Shown: positions 35,413-44,168 of the stretch, in pieces
Position numbering within the stretch: the first letter of the stretch is position 1
Layout: the number at the start of each line of letters is the position of its first letter
Source: Acidimicrobiales bacterium
GTDB lineage: Bacteria; Actinomycetota; Acidimicrobiia; Acidimicrobiales; Bin134
NCBI GenBank assembly: GCA_965115985.1
Contig: OZ220474.1
Coordinates: forward strand, 2,396,909 to 2,460,908
Reading direction: 5' to 3'
Length of the DNA stretch: 64,000 nt
Made by a program: the position numbers and the translations under genes
The notes under the pieces: model-generated
What the model was told of the DNA's origin: nothing
What the model saw: only the letters and a program-made list of their open reading frames with translations
Database searches by the model: none

Positions 35413-35862
35413 TTAGACTTTCCGTTGTCTATTCCTAAGCAACATAAATACACTAATGAGTATTATAGCAATACCAAACACTCCAGCAAGTAGAGTAAAA
35501 TCACTAGCAAAAGGTTCAGGTAAATAGCGGGATATCAAAAACGCCAAAAAAATCACTAACCAATGAACTAACGTCCCAATAGGTATTATAATCCAAGAAG
35601 TGCTGCGCTTTCTCTTTAGTTTGGTAGTTGTGGGTGGTGGGGGAATGGTTGGGGCCATGTCGGCATCGGTAGCAACCGGTGGTGCGGCGGTGTTGGCCGA
35701 GGTGTGGTAGGCACCGGTGGCAGTGTCGGCTGGGGTGGCTGGTGATCCGATGTTGGCCATCATAACTCGGTGGCGGGGCTGGGGGTGGCTGTTGAGCCTG
35801 GTTGGCGGCGGGGCCGGGGGTGGTGCAGATTCCCGGCCCTCGTCGGTGGGGGTCTGTTCCAT
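35413..35862 (-). CDS. Small membrane protein, paralog 3 (start uncertain)
   Basis: PPPPTTTKLKRKRSTSW..., LPEPF between two TM segments, and a basic tail RNRQRKV. Confidence 0.55.
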   Translation of the reverse strand: MEQTPTDEGRESAPPPAPPPTRLNSHPQPRHRVMMANIGSPATPADTATGAYHTSANTAAPPVATDADMAPTIPPPPTTTKLKRKRSTSWIIIPIGTLVHWLVIFLAFLISRYLPEPFASDFTLLAGVFGIAIILISVFMLLRNRQRKV

Positions 35863-35891
35863 TTCGAGGGGGTGGCGGGTAGGGTGGGGGT

Positions 35892-36575
35892 ATGCAGGTA
35901 GATATTCGTCATGCTCCCAGTTTTGCGGTTGCCCGGTGCGTTCTGAGCGGTGGGGAACAGGTCAAGGTCGAGGCGGGGGCCATGTCGGCCCATTCCATGG
36001 GGATGTCGCTGGAGGCCAAGATCGATGGCGGGGTGTTCAAGGGGCTCAAGCGCAGCATCCTGGGTGGCGAGTCGCTGTTCTTGTCCACCTTCACCGCCCC
36101 GGCCGAGGGTGGTTGGGTGGATGTGGCCGCCAAGCTGCCCGGCGACCTGCGGGTACTCGAGTTGGACGGCTCGCAGGCGTGGGTGATCGAGCGGGGCAAC
36201 TGGCTGGCCTCCGATGCCTCGGTGGGGGTGGACACCAAGTGGAGCGGGTTCAAGTCGATGGTCGGCGGCGAGGGCGGTTTCATGGTTCACGCCGAGGGCA
36301 CCGGCAAGGTGGTGGTGGCCTCCTACGGGGCCATCGATGTGATCTCGCTGGCGGCCGGCGAGTCGGTGGTGGTGGATACCAGTCACATGCTGGCCTTCCC
36401 CGACACGGTTAGCTACGAGCTGCGTCGGGCGGTGGAGGGTCGCTCGATCCAGTCGATGAAGTCGGGCGAGGGCTTCGTATTCCACTTCACCGGCCCCGGC
36501 GACATCTTGACCCAGACCCGCAACCAGCAACAGCTCATCGCCTGGATCAACACCGAGATCGGTTCCCGGGAGTAG
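35892..36575 (+). CDS. AIM24/DUF124 (TIGR00266) family protein
   Basis: MQVDIRHAPSFAVARCVL..GEQVKVEAGAM...GESLF is characteristic of the family. Confidence 0.85.
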   Translation: MQVDIRHAPSFAVARCVLSGGEQVKVEAGAMSAHSMGMSLEAKIDGGVFKGLKRSILGGESLFLSTFTAPAEGGWVDVAAKLPGDLRVLELDGSQAWVIERGNWLASDASVGVDTKWSGFKSMVGGEGGFMVHAEGTGKVVVASYGAIDVISLAAGESVVVDTSHMLAFPDTVSYELRRAVEGRSIQSMKSGEGFVFHFTGPGDILTQTRNQQQLIAWINTEIGSRE

Positions 36576-36730
36576 GAGCCTGGATCAACACCGAGATCGG
36601 TTCCCGGGAGTAGGAGCCTGGATCAACACCGAGATCGGTTCCCGGGAGTAGGAGCCTGGATCAACACCGAGATCGGCTCCCGCGAGTAGGAACCTGGATC
36701 AACACCGAGATCGGCTCCCGCGACGCGAGG
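36541..36730. repeat. 38-bp tandem repeat x5 copying the last 11 codons and TAG of the AIM24 gene
   Basis: cctggatcaacaccgagatcggttcccgggagtaggag occurs at 36541, 36579, 36617, 36655 and 36693. Confidence 0.95.
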
Positions 36731-36762
36731 CTCCCGGGAGTAGCCCTGGGAGGCTCTCCCGT

Positions 36763-37731
36763 CTAGCGGTGACAGCAGTCGGTGGGGCAGGGGGGTGGTG
36801 GGGGAGCGAGGGCGAGGTCGGCGATCATGGCCACGAATGCGGGGTGGGTGCCGACGGTGGGGACTCGGGAGAACCGGAGTCCCAAGGAGTCGGCTCGCCC
36901 CCGGGCCTCGGTGTCGAGGTCGTAGATGACCTCCATGTGGTCGGCCACGAAACCGATGGGCACCACGATCACCGCGTCCGCCCCGTCTCGGGCCAACCGG
37001 TCGAGTTCGTCGCCGATGTCGGGTTCCAACCACGGCACCCGGGGCGGGCCGCTGCGGCTCTGGTAGGCCAGCGACCACCGGTCGGTTCCGGTGCGGGTCG
37101 CCACCTGGAGACAGGCCCGGTCGAGCTGGGACTGATAAGGAGCGGTGGCCGCCATTGAATGGGGAATGCTGTGGGCGGTGAACACCACGGGGGCGCTTGG
37201 CTCCGCCTCCCGGGCGACGGCCAGATTGGCGGCCATGGCCGACAAAAAGCCCTCGTGCTCCCAGAACGGAGGCAGCTTGTCGATTACCGGTGCATCGGGT
37301 CCGACCGCCGCCCGGGCCCGGTCGATGTCCTCGGCGTACTGCCGACAGCCCGAGTAGGAGCCGAAGGCCGAGGTGACGAACCCTGTCGACCGGGTAATGC
37401 CGTCGTCGCGCATCTCGGCCACGGCGTCGGTCAGCATGGGTGTCCAGTTCCGGTTGCCCCAGTAAACCGGAATATCGGCTCCCCGCCCGGCCAACTCGTC
37501 AACCAGGGCGGCCATCAGGTCACGGTTGCACTGGTTGATGGGACTGATGCCGTCGAACAAGTAGTAATGCTCGGCCACCGCGGCCAGGCGGTCGTCACCG
37601 ATACCCCGTCCCCGGGTCACGTTGCGCAAGAACGGCATGACGTCATCGGGCTCCTCGGGTCCGCCGAACGACACGATCAGGATCGCGTCGGGACGGGAGC
37701 CAGGCATTGCGGTTGAGGATACCGTGGGCAT
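36763..37731 (-). CDS. hemH: Ferrochelatase (actinobacterial type with C-terminal Cys cluster)
   Basis: ILIVSFGGPE, PFWEHEGF and HSIPHSM motifs. The C-terminus is PPPCPTDCCHR. Confidence 0.9.
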   Translation of the reverse strand: MPTVSSTAMPGSRPDAILIVSFGGPEEPDDVMPFLRNVTRGRGIGDDRLAAVAEHYYLFDGISPINQCNRDLMAALVDELAGRGADIPVYWGNRNWTPMLTDAVAEMRDDGITRSTGFVTSAFGSYSGCRQYAEDIDRARAAVGPDAPVIDKLPPFWEHEGFLSAMAANLAVAREAEPSAPVVFTAHSIPHSMAATAPYQSQLDRACLQVATRTGTDRWSLAYQSRSGPPRVPWLEPDIGDELDRLARDGADAVIVVPIGFVADHMEVIYDLDTEARGRADSLGLRFSRVPTVGTHPAFVAMIADLALAPPPPPCPTDCCHR

Positions 37732-37866
37732 GGTCGGTTGCCGACTGCGGTCAGCCCGGAGCCAGGCATTGCGGTTGAGGATACCGTGGGCATGGTCGGT
37801 TGCCGACTGCGGTCAGCCCGGAGCCGGAGGCATTGCGGTTGAGGATACCGTGGGCATGGTCGGTAG
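37697..37866. repeat. 62/64-bp tandem repeat x2.7 containing the hemH start codon
   Basis: gagccaggcattgcggttgaggataccgtgggcatggtcggttgccgactgcggtcagcccg occurs at 37697, 37759 and 37821. ATG copies lie at 37731, 37793 and 37857. Confidence 0.95.
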
Positions 37867-37952
37867 GGTCTGGTGACGGAACAGGGGTCTCGCCGCCCAG
37901 GAAGTAGTGAGCGGCGGAACCATCCTTAGGGTAGCCGAACCAGGGAGAGAGT

Positions 37953-38861
37953 TTGCGGGTTAGAGAACGCAGTCGTCTGACGGTTCTTATCAGTGCCGTG
38001 GCCGCCACCTTGGCGACTGCCGGCGGGGTCGCTCTTGGGCAGATGGATGGACAGAGCGATGGAGACGACGATCCGATCTCGCCGGTAGCGGTCGAGTCGG
38101 CCGACCCGGCGTGGCGCGATCTGAACCGAGCTCTCCAGGATCTCGAGACCGCCGAAGCGGCCCGCGACGCCGTTCAGTCCTCCATTGACCGCACGACCGA
38201 CGAACTGAACCTGGAACTGGGTCGGCTGGATCAACTCAACCGCACCGATGCCGGCAAGCGGTTGCTGGAGGGGGAGGCCCGACAGTTGGTCGTGCAGGAG
38301 TACATGCTGGGGGGCCATCTTGAGGATCTGGTGTTCGTCCTGGGGGTGTCCGAGGCCACCGACGCCATTTGGCGCAATGCCCTGCTTTCGGAGGTGTCCG
38401 AGGTGATGGACGATGCCTTGAGGTCGACCGATGACGTGCCCGGGGAGCGGGAGCGAACCGAGGCTCGCATTCGGCGGCTCAACAACGCCCTGCCGTATCT
38501 GAACGACCGCGTGGCCGATGCCAAGCAATCGGTGGCGGCGGCCGAGTGGGTGGTGTACATCGCCGAGATCAACGATCTGGCCGACCGCGAGCTGGCGGCC
38601 AACGGATGGATAGAGCCCACCGAGAGTCATTGGCACAACCTCCGGTGGTGCGAATCCCGCAACAACTATCGCATCGAGAGTGCCAACGGCCTGTTCTACG
38701 GTGCCTACCAGTTCGAGCCCCGGACATGGAGAACGGTGGGCGGCACCGGCAACCCGGCCCACGCCCCGCCCGAGGAGCAGGATGCCCGAGCCCGTCTGCT
38801 GTACGCCCGCAGGGGGGCCCAGCCCTGGCCCCGGGACTACTGCGGTCGGTGGCTGCCGTAG
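37953..38861 (+). CDS. Secreted Rpf-like transglycosylase-domain protein with coiled-coil N-terminal region
   Basis: Signal-like N-terminus after a TTG start with GGGAGAGAG upstream. The C-terminal WHNLRWCESRNNYRIESANGLFYGAYQFEPRTW resembles the Rpf/transglycosylase-like domain. Confidence 0.75.
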   Translation: MRVRERSRLTVLISAVAATLATAGGVALGQMDGQSDGDDDPISPVAVESADPAWRDLNRALQDLETAEAARDAVQSSIDRTTDELNLELGRLDQLNRTDAGKRLLEGEARQLVVQEYMLGGHLEDLVFVLGVSEATDAIWRNALLSEVSEVMDDALRSTDDVPGERERTEARIRRLNNALPYLNDRVADAKQSVAAAEWVVYIAEINDLADRELAANGWIEPTESHWHNLRWCESRNNYRIESANGLFYGAYQFEPRTWRTVGGTGNPAHAPPEEQDARARLLYARRGAQPWPRDYCGRWLP

Positions 38862-38977
38862 TTCCAACCCAAGTCCCCCCAGTACCGGGCGGCCCCAGTA
38901 GTTCCAACCCAAGTCCCCCCAGTGTCGGGCGGCCCCAGTAGTTCCAACCCAAGTCCCCCCGGTGCCGGGCGGCCCAG
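38858..38977. repeat. 40-bp tandem repeat x3 starting on the rpf-like TAG stop
   Basis: gtagttccaacccaagtcccccc.gt..cgggcggcccca occurs at 38858, 38898 and 38938. Confidence 0.95.
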
Positions 38978-38996
38978 GTACTAGGTTTGTGGCCGG

Positions 38997-40997
38997 ATGA
39001 TGTTCTGGGTCGCTCTGTTTCTGGCCAACTGCGTGCTCGTCGGCATAGGCCTCACCTATCTGACCGGGCTGAAGCTGCTCATCGAGGAGAGGGTGGCTTA
39101 TGGAGCGGTGGTCGGGTTCATGGCGGTCACCCTGGTCGGCTACGTCGCGGGGTGGGTGTCGGGAGGGCTGAACGGCTGGGTGGTGGCCGTGTCCGCTCTG
39201 GTGGCCGCCGCGATATCGGTGACGGGATGGCGAACCGGTGGGCACCAGATCGGCCGGGAATGTCGCGATTTTCGACACCGCCTGGCCCGGCCCGTCTATC
39301 ACCCGGAGAACCCCGCCCCCCTTCTCATCCTGACCGCCCCGGCCTGGGTGGTCACCGTGATCATCCTGAACCGGGCCTATGTGCCCGACGGCTCCGGTGG
39401 CGTGATGGCCGGCCACCTCTCGTCGTGGACCGACTGGCAGGCTCATCTGACCTACGCATCGTCGTTCGCCCATGCCGAGAACTTCCCCCCCGAGCTGCCG
39501 ACTGCCTTCGGGGTGGACAAGCTGCCCTACCACTTCGGCATCGACTTCTTCGCGGCCATGCTCGACCGGGCCGGGTTGAGCGCCTTCGGCGGACTGGAGG
39601 TGTCGTCGGGCTACCTGGCGTTCGCCTTCGTGCCCGTCATGTACCTGGTGGGAGTGCGGCTGTTCGACAGTCGGGCGGTGGGGGCGACCGCGGTAATGCT
39701 GTTCACCCTGTTCGGCGGGTTGGGATGGCTGCGTTTCCTCGACGATCTGGCCGATGGCGGGTGGAGCATCATGTGGAACCTGCCCACCGACTACACCCGC
39801 CACCACGCCGGGAACATCCTCATGGAGAACGCGGTCACCGGCAACCTCTTTCCCCAGCGTCCGACCCTGGCGGGATTCTCCCTTCTGTTGATCGCGGTGG
39901 TGCTCCTGCGGGAGGCCCACCTGTCGGGATCGCGCCGGGTGTTCGTCGCGACCGGAGTGATGGTGGGCCTGATGCCACTGTTCCACGTGTATTCGTTCGG
40001 GGTGGCGGTGGGACTGGGGGTGATCTGGGCGTTGTTGAATCATCGCCGGCAATGGTTGTGGTTCGTCGTGCCCGCGGTGGTGCTCTCGGTGCCGGTGGCC
40101 TTGTGGATCCGACCGCTGAACACCGAGATCGTGGTGGAGACCTGGGTGGGGGGCGACTGGATGCAACCCAAGGACTACTCGGTGGACCAGGACAACTTCT
40201 TCACCTTCTGGTGGCGCAACGCCGGGGTGTTCTTGATCCTGATGCTGGTGGCCCAGCTCTGGAGGGGCACGCTGCCCCGAATCCTGTTGTGGGGGTCCAT
40301 TCCGGTGTGGCTCTGGCTGATCGTCCCCAACTTCGTGCGGGTGGACCCGTCCCATCCCTGGAACAACACCCACTGGTTCGTGCCGGTGATCCTGCTGGGG
40401 TCGTTCCTGGTGGCCGCGGTGGTGGTCAGGCTGGTCTCGGTGGGGACGTTCGGGGCGGCGGGCGGGGATCAAGGCTCATCGTCACCGGTTGCATCCCTGC
40501 CCCTGGTCTCGGTGGGGACGTTGGGGGCGGCGGCCGCGGTGATTCTGGTCGGGATCATGACGTTCTCGGGGGCACTGGACGTCTGGAAAGCGATGGATCC
40601 CAAGGTGAACGCATGGCCCGTTCCGATCACCTCGGCCGACGGGATCGCCGCCGGGGAGTGGGCCCGCGACCAAACCCCGCCCGACAGCGTGTTCCTGATC
40701 GGTTTCGAGCACACCCACCCGGTGCCGGCGCTCAGCGGCCGACAGGCTGTGGTGGGATATGCGGGCTGGATCAACGACCTCGGGGTTACCGACTGGGGGG
40801 AACGCCAGGACCATGCCCGGACAATGCTGAGAGGCTCGGAGGGCACCGAGGAACTGTTGGACGACTACGAAGTGGACTACGTGGTGGTCGGGCCGATCGA
40901 GCGCGGGGTCAAAGTCAACGTCAACCAGCCGTTCTGGGCCGACCGGGGAACGCTGGTCTTCAACCAGGGCGAATACGCCATCTACCAGGTGGATTGA
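38997..40997 (+). CDS. Polytopic membrane protein, possible GT-C-fold glycosyltransferase
   Basis: More than 12 hydrophobic segments and a soluble C-terminal domain. It sits adjacent to a PMT_2/TIGR03663-like gene. Function is inferred only from context. Confidence 0.6.
   Translation: MMFWVALFLANCVLVGIGLTYLTGLKLLIEERVAYGAVVGFMAVTLVGYVAGWVSGGLNGWVVAVSALVAAAISVTGWRTGGHQIGRECRDFRHRLARPVYHPENPAPLLILTAPAWVVTVIILNRAYVPDGSGGVMAGHLSSWTDWQAHLTYASSFAHAENFPPELPTAFGVDKLPYHFGIDFFAAMLDRAGLSAFGGLEVSSGYLAFAFVPVMYLVGVRLFDSRAVGATAVMLFTLFGGLGWLRFLDDLADGGWSIMWNLPTDYTRHHAGNILMENAVTGNLFPQRPTLAGFSLLLIAVVLLREAHLSGSRRVFVATGVMVGLMPLFHVYSFGVAVGLGVIWALLNHRRQWLWFVVPAVVLSVPVALWIRPLNTEIVVETWVGGDWMQPKDYSVDQDNFFTFWWRNAGVFLILMLVAQLWRGTLPRILLWGSIPVWLWLIVPNFVRVDPSHPWNNTHWFVPVILLGSFLVAAVVVRLVSVGTFGAAGGDQGSSSPVASLPLVSVGTLGAAAAVILVGIMTFSGALDVWKAMDPKVNAWPVPITSADGIAAGEWARDQTPPDSVFLIGFEHTHPVPALSGRQAVVGYAGWINDLGVTDWGERQDHARTMLRGSEGTEELLDDYEVDYVVVGPIERGVKVNVNQPFWADRGTLVFNQGEYAIYQVD
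40431..40532. repeat. 72-bp-period in-frame duplication inside the membrane-protein gene
   Basis: ctggtctcggtggggacgtt.ggggcggcgg occurs at 40431 and 40503 (LVSVGT.GAA twice). Confidence 0.85.
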
Positions 40998-41010
40998 TCT
41001 GCCGGGTGGG

Positions 41011-41076
41011 TTGGCTATGAGTTGGATCGACTATCGGGGGGATTGGCTACGAGTTGGATCGACTATCAGGGGGATT
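41011..41076. repeat. 33-bp tandem repeat x2 resembling the 3' end and TGA of the upstream gene
   Basis: ttggcta.gagttggatcgactatc.gggggat occurs at 41011 and 41044. The unit end ctatcagggggattga resembles the native ctaccaggtggattga. Confidence 0.85.
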
Positions 41077-41084
41077 GAGGGGCA

Positions 41085-42968
41085 GTGCGAGCAATAGTCC
41101 GTGAGCGAAAGGTACCTCTGGAGGGTCGGAGCCCGCGTGAGTTCTGGCACCGCCGACCCGAGACGGCGCTGGCCATCACCGTGGGGGCGATGGCGCTGGC
41201 CGGGTTGGTGCTACGGCTCGTGGAGTTGGGCGAGCGGCCGTTGCATCACGACGAGAGCCTGGACGCCTGGTACTCCTGGAAGTTCATCGAGGGCACCTAC
41301 GAGGGCTACGACCCGACCTACCACGGGCCGTTGCGGTTCTACCTGACCGGCGGGATCTTCTGGCTATTGGGAGAGTCGCACACCACCGCCCGGCTTATGT
41401 CGGTCCTGGCCGGTGTGGGCTTGATCGTTCTGCCCTGGTTCCTGCGCCGATCCCTGGGCCCGATCGTCACCCTGGTTACGGCCGCGGTGCTGGCGTTCAG
41501 CCCGATCTCGCTGTATGTGACCCGACTGGGCCGAGAGGATGCGCTCATCGCTCTCATCACGCTGGCGATGATGGTGGTGATCGTCAGGTTCATGGACCGC
41601 CCCCGGCTGTTGCTGCCCTCCCTGCTCGGGTTCCTTCTGGCCGCGGGGTTCGCGGTCAAGGAGACCACGTTCATCGTCCTGTTCATCTTCGGATCGTTCT
41701 TCCTGGCCCTTCTGGCCGAGCAGGCCGTCCGGGTGACCCTGGGCACCGAGGACGAGCCCACCGGGTGGTCGTGGATGTTGCCCGCCGGGTTGGTGCCCAT
41801 GGGGATCGCCTTCGTGGTCAGCACCCGATTCGACCTGAACGTCTTCATCACCCTGGGCGTATACGGGATACTGCTGGTGGTGGCCGTTTGGGTACCGGCC
41901 GGGTTCCGGGCCATCGGGGAACTGCCCGCGGTGCGGATCGTCCGCAGCGTGCCCACCTGGGGGTGGGTGCTGGCGGCGGCGGTGTTCCTGTTCTTCTTCG
42001 CCCTGTGGTTCACGGTCTTCTTCACCCATCCCGAGGGCTTTCGGGACGGCTTCACCGACGGCATCACCTACTGGCGGGGGGAGCAGGACACCAACCGGGG
42101 CGGCGAGCCGTGGTACTACTACCTGTACGCCGTCCCGCTGTACGAGTATCTGGTGGGCGCGCTGGCGGCGGTAGGAGCCGTCCACGTGTTCCGCAACCCC
42201 ACGTTCGTGGGCAAGTTCATGGTGTGGACCGCCGGGGCCAGTTGGTTGTCGTACTCCTGGGCCGCCGAGCGATTCCCGTGGCTGGCGCTTCACCTCCTGG
42301 TGCCGATGAGCTTCGTGGCCGGCTACGGCGTGCTGGCGCTGTGGCAGGCCCGTGCCCGGGTGTGGGCGGTACACCAGTCGCGGGTGTGGGCGGTCCCCGT
42401 CGTCGCGGTGATGTTGATGGGGCTTGTGGCCACCACCCTCTACGGCTCCTACATCTCCAACTACGTGAACCAGCGCGACCCCCGGGAACTGCTCACCCAG
42501 GTTCACACCACCGATGAGTACGTGAACACGGTGAACCGCATCGAAGCGCTCGACGAGTACAGCAGGTCGGTGGGCGAGGGCCCGATCACGGTGGCCATGG
42601 ACACCACCCTCTCGGTGCCCAACCTGTGGTACATGCGGGACTACGAGAACCTTACGTGGATCGACAGCGCCTCGGCGTCGTCGGCGTCCGCCGATTTCGT
42701 CCTCGTCTCGTCGCCGGGCGACCCGGAGTCGGTCCCCGATCCCGACAATTACCAGACCACCCGTTTGCCCCTGCGGGATTGGTGGGCTCCCCAGTTCCAG
42801 TCCTACCACGACGGCTGGTTCTCCGGTTGGGCCAAGTGGTTGGTGAACCGGGAGATCTGGGACGACTCCAGCCTGGGCAGCACCGACTTCGATCTCTCGG
42901 TCAGCCTCCGGGCTCGCCACCTCGAGACCCGGATGGCCGAGTCCCGGGAGGGCCGAGTCCCGGAGTGA
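41085..42968 (+). CDS. TIGR03663/PMT_2-like membrane glycosyltransferase-family protein
   Basis: N-terminal LVELGERPLHHDESLDAWYSW...YDPTYHGPLRFY and a WYYYLY motif. Polytopic. Confidence 0.7.
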   Translation: MRAIVRERKVPLEGRSPREFWHRRPETALAITVGAMALAGLVLRLVELGERPLHHDESLDAWYSWKFIEGTYEGYDPTYHGPLRFYLTGGIFWLLGESHTTARLMSVLAGVGLIVLPWFLRRSLGPIVTLVTAAVLAFSPISLYVTRLGREDALIALITLAMMVVIVRFMDRPRLLLPSLLGFLLAAGFAVKETTFIVLFIFGSFFLALLAEQAVRVTLGTEDEPTGWSWMLPAGLVPMGIAFVVSTRFDLNVFITLGVYGILLVVAVWVPAGFRAIGELPAVRIVRSVPTWGWVLAAAVFLFFFALWFTVFFTHPEGFRDGFTDGITYWRGEQDTNRGGEPWYYYLYAVPLYEYLVGALAAVGAVHVFRNPTFVGKFMVWTAGASWLSYSWAAERFPWLALHLLVPMSFVAGYGVLALWQARARVWAVHQSRVWAVPVVAVMLMGLVATTLYGSYISNYVNQRDPRELLTQVHTTDEYVNTVNRIEALDEYSRSVGEGPITVAMDTTLSVPNLWYMRDYENLTWIDSASASSASADFVLVSSPGDPESVPDPDNYQTTRLPLRDWWAPQFQSYHDGWFSGWAKWLVNREIWDDSSLGSTDFDLSVSLRARHLETRMAESREGRVPE

Positions 42969-42976
42969 TCGGGCTG

Positions 42977-43318
42977 TCAGCCGTCGCCGAGCAGTCGGTT
43001 GACCATTCGGGCCATCGGGCCGGGTCGGGGAGGTTCGTAGTCGTCGGGCACCAGGTGGGGGGCGTAGTGGGCCAGGGTGGTCATTACCCGGTCGGGTGTG
43101 GGGTTCACCATGGCGGTGTCACCCACCACCACGGTGGGCACCGTTTCGTTGCCGGCGGCCACCGATCGGACAAAGGCGGCCGCCGAGGGATCCTCCCAGA
43201 TGTTGTGCATGTCCATGTGTACGCCGAGTTCGTCCAGCTTGCGGTGCAGGTGAGCGCAGAACCCGCATCCCGGTCGCCAGTAGAACGTGATGCCGCCCAC
43301 CGGGGAGTTCGAGCTCAC
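42977..43318 (-). CDS. Glutaredoxin-like protein (mycoredoxin type, CGFC)
   Basis: ITFYWRPGCGFCAHL...TVPTVVVG. The GTG start at 43318 lies within a GTGA. Confidence 0.8.
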   Translation of the reverse strand: MSSNSPVGGITFYWRPGCGFCAHLHRKLDELGVHMDMHNIWEDPSAAAFVRSVAAGNETVPTVVVGDTAMVNPTPDRVMTTLAHYAPHLVPDDYEPPRPGPMARMVNRLLGDG

Positions 43319-43432
43319 GGCACGTAGGGCAGGGCCAGCACCACCCGCTCGGCCAGGTCGCGGTCGCCGCTCACGGCACGTAGGGCAGGGCCAGCACCAC
43401 CCGCTCGGCCAGGTCGCGGTCGCCGCTCACGG
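43314..43432. repeat. 56-bp tandem repeat x2.1 of the GTGA junction and last 19 codons of the DinB-like gene
   Basis: ctcacggcacgtagggcagggccagcaccacccgctcggccaggtcgcggtcgccg occurs at 43314 and 43370, with a partial copy at 43426. Confidence 0.95.
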
Positions 43433-44168
43433 TAACCAGCCCGGTGGCCAGTGCCCCGGCCGGATCGGTGCGGCCGCAGCACAGCGCGTTGTAGGTGTCC
43501 ACGTCGGTATGCACGGTAGCGGTGGGCTCGGAGGCCGGGGCCGAGGGCTTGGCCCGACCATCGATCACCGCCACCCCTCGGGGGCCGCCGGTGTCGCCCT
43601 CGACGTCGAATACCACGGTGCTTCCCTCGGGAGCGCCCGCCTTCTTGCCCACCACGAAGCCCATGTTGTTGGCGTGCCAGTCCAGGCAGTGTCTAACCAC
43701 CGGACCACTCAGATGACCGGGGATACCGAGCGCCCGGCGCATGTCCTGCTCGTGGGCCCAGCAGTCGAACACCCGGATGTGCATGAACGTCCGGTAAGGG
43801 GCCTTGCCGATCGGGGTGAAACCCACCTCGTCCCACTTCTCCTCGGGCATGGTTCGCAGCATCTCCAGCCGCCGGGCGCAGAGATCGATCATCTCGGCCA
43901 GCACCTCCGCGCCGGGGCGGGATCGTCGGGGGGCGATCTGACCCTCGTTGAACGCGGCGATGTCGTCCAGCCCATCCCCAGTGGCGGGGGGTTCGGTGTC
44001 CACCCCGGCCAGCATCCGCTCGGTGCCGATGATGTGGCTGACCTGGTCACGCACCGACCAACCGGGGCACTCGGTGGGCAGGTCCCACTGCTCGTCGCTC
44101 AGTCCCGCGCCGAGGTCGGCAATGGAGTCCCAAACCGATTCCAACAACTCGATGACCGGATCGCTCAT
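43371..44168 (-). CDS. Mycothiol-dependent maleylpyruvate-isomerase-like DinB-fold protein (TIGR03083 type)
   Basis: MSDPVIELLESVWDSIADLGAGLSDEQWDLPTECPGWSVRDQVSHI. Confidence 0.8.
   Translation of the reverse strand: MSDPVIELLESVWDSIADLGAGLSDEQWDLPTECPGWSVRDQVSHIIGTERMLAGVDTEPPATGDGLDDIAAFNEGQIAPRRSRPGAEVLAEMIDLCARRLEMLRTMPEEKWDEVGFTPIGKAPYRTFMHIRVFDCWAHEQDMRRALGIPGHLSGPVVRHCLDWHANNMGFVVGKKAGAPEGSTVVFDVEGDTGGPRGVAVIDGRAKPSAPASEPTATVHTDVDTYNALCCGRTDPAGALATGLVTVSGDRDLAERVVLALPYVP

Larger units (their letters stand above)
33560..35640. other. A+T-rich islet (by eye ~35-45% G+C against >65% flanks)
   Basis: Composition drops abruptly. The islet contains three paralogous small membrane-protein genes and several short dispersed repeats. 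Confidence 0.8.

Noticed and set aside
37860-37952. c-di-AMP (ydaO-type) riboswitch upstream of the rpf-like gene, as known for rpfA in Streptomyces
   Set aside because: Only about 90 nt of unique leader is available, and I could find just scattered resemblances (CCGAACC, CGCCGCCCAGG), not the pseudo-two-fold consensus. It needs an Infernal scan (RF00379) before any claim.
37926-40472. 848-aa minus-strand ORF
   Set aside because: It is antisense to the Rpf-like and polytopic membrane-protein genes. The composition is biased (P, G, H, R) and there are no motifs.
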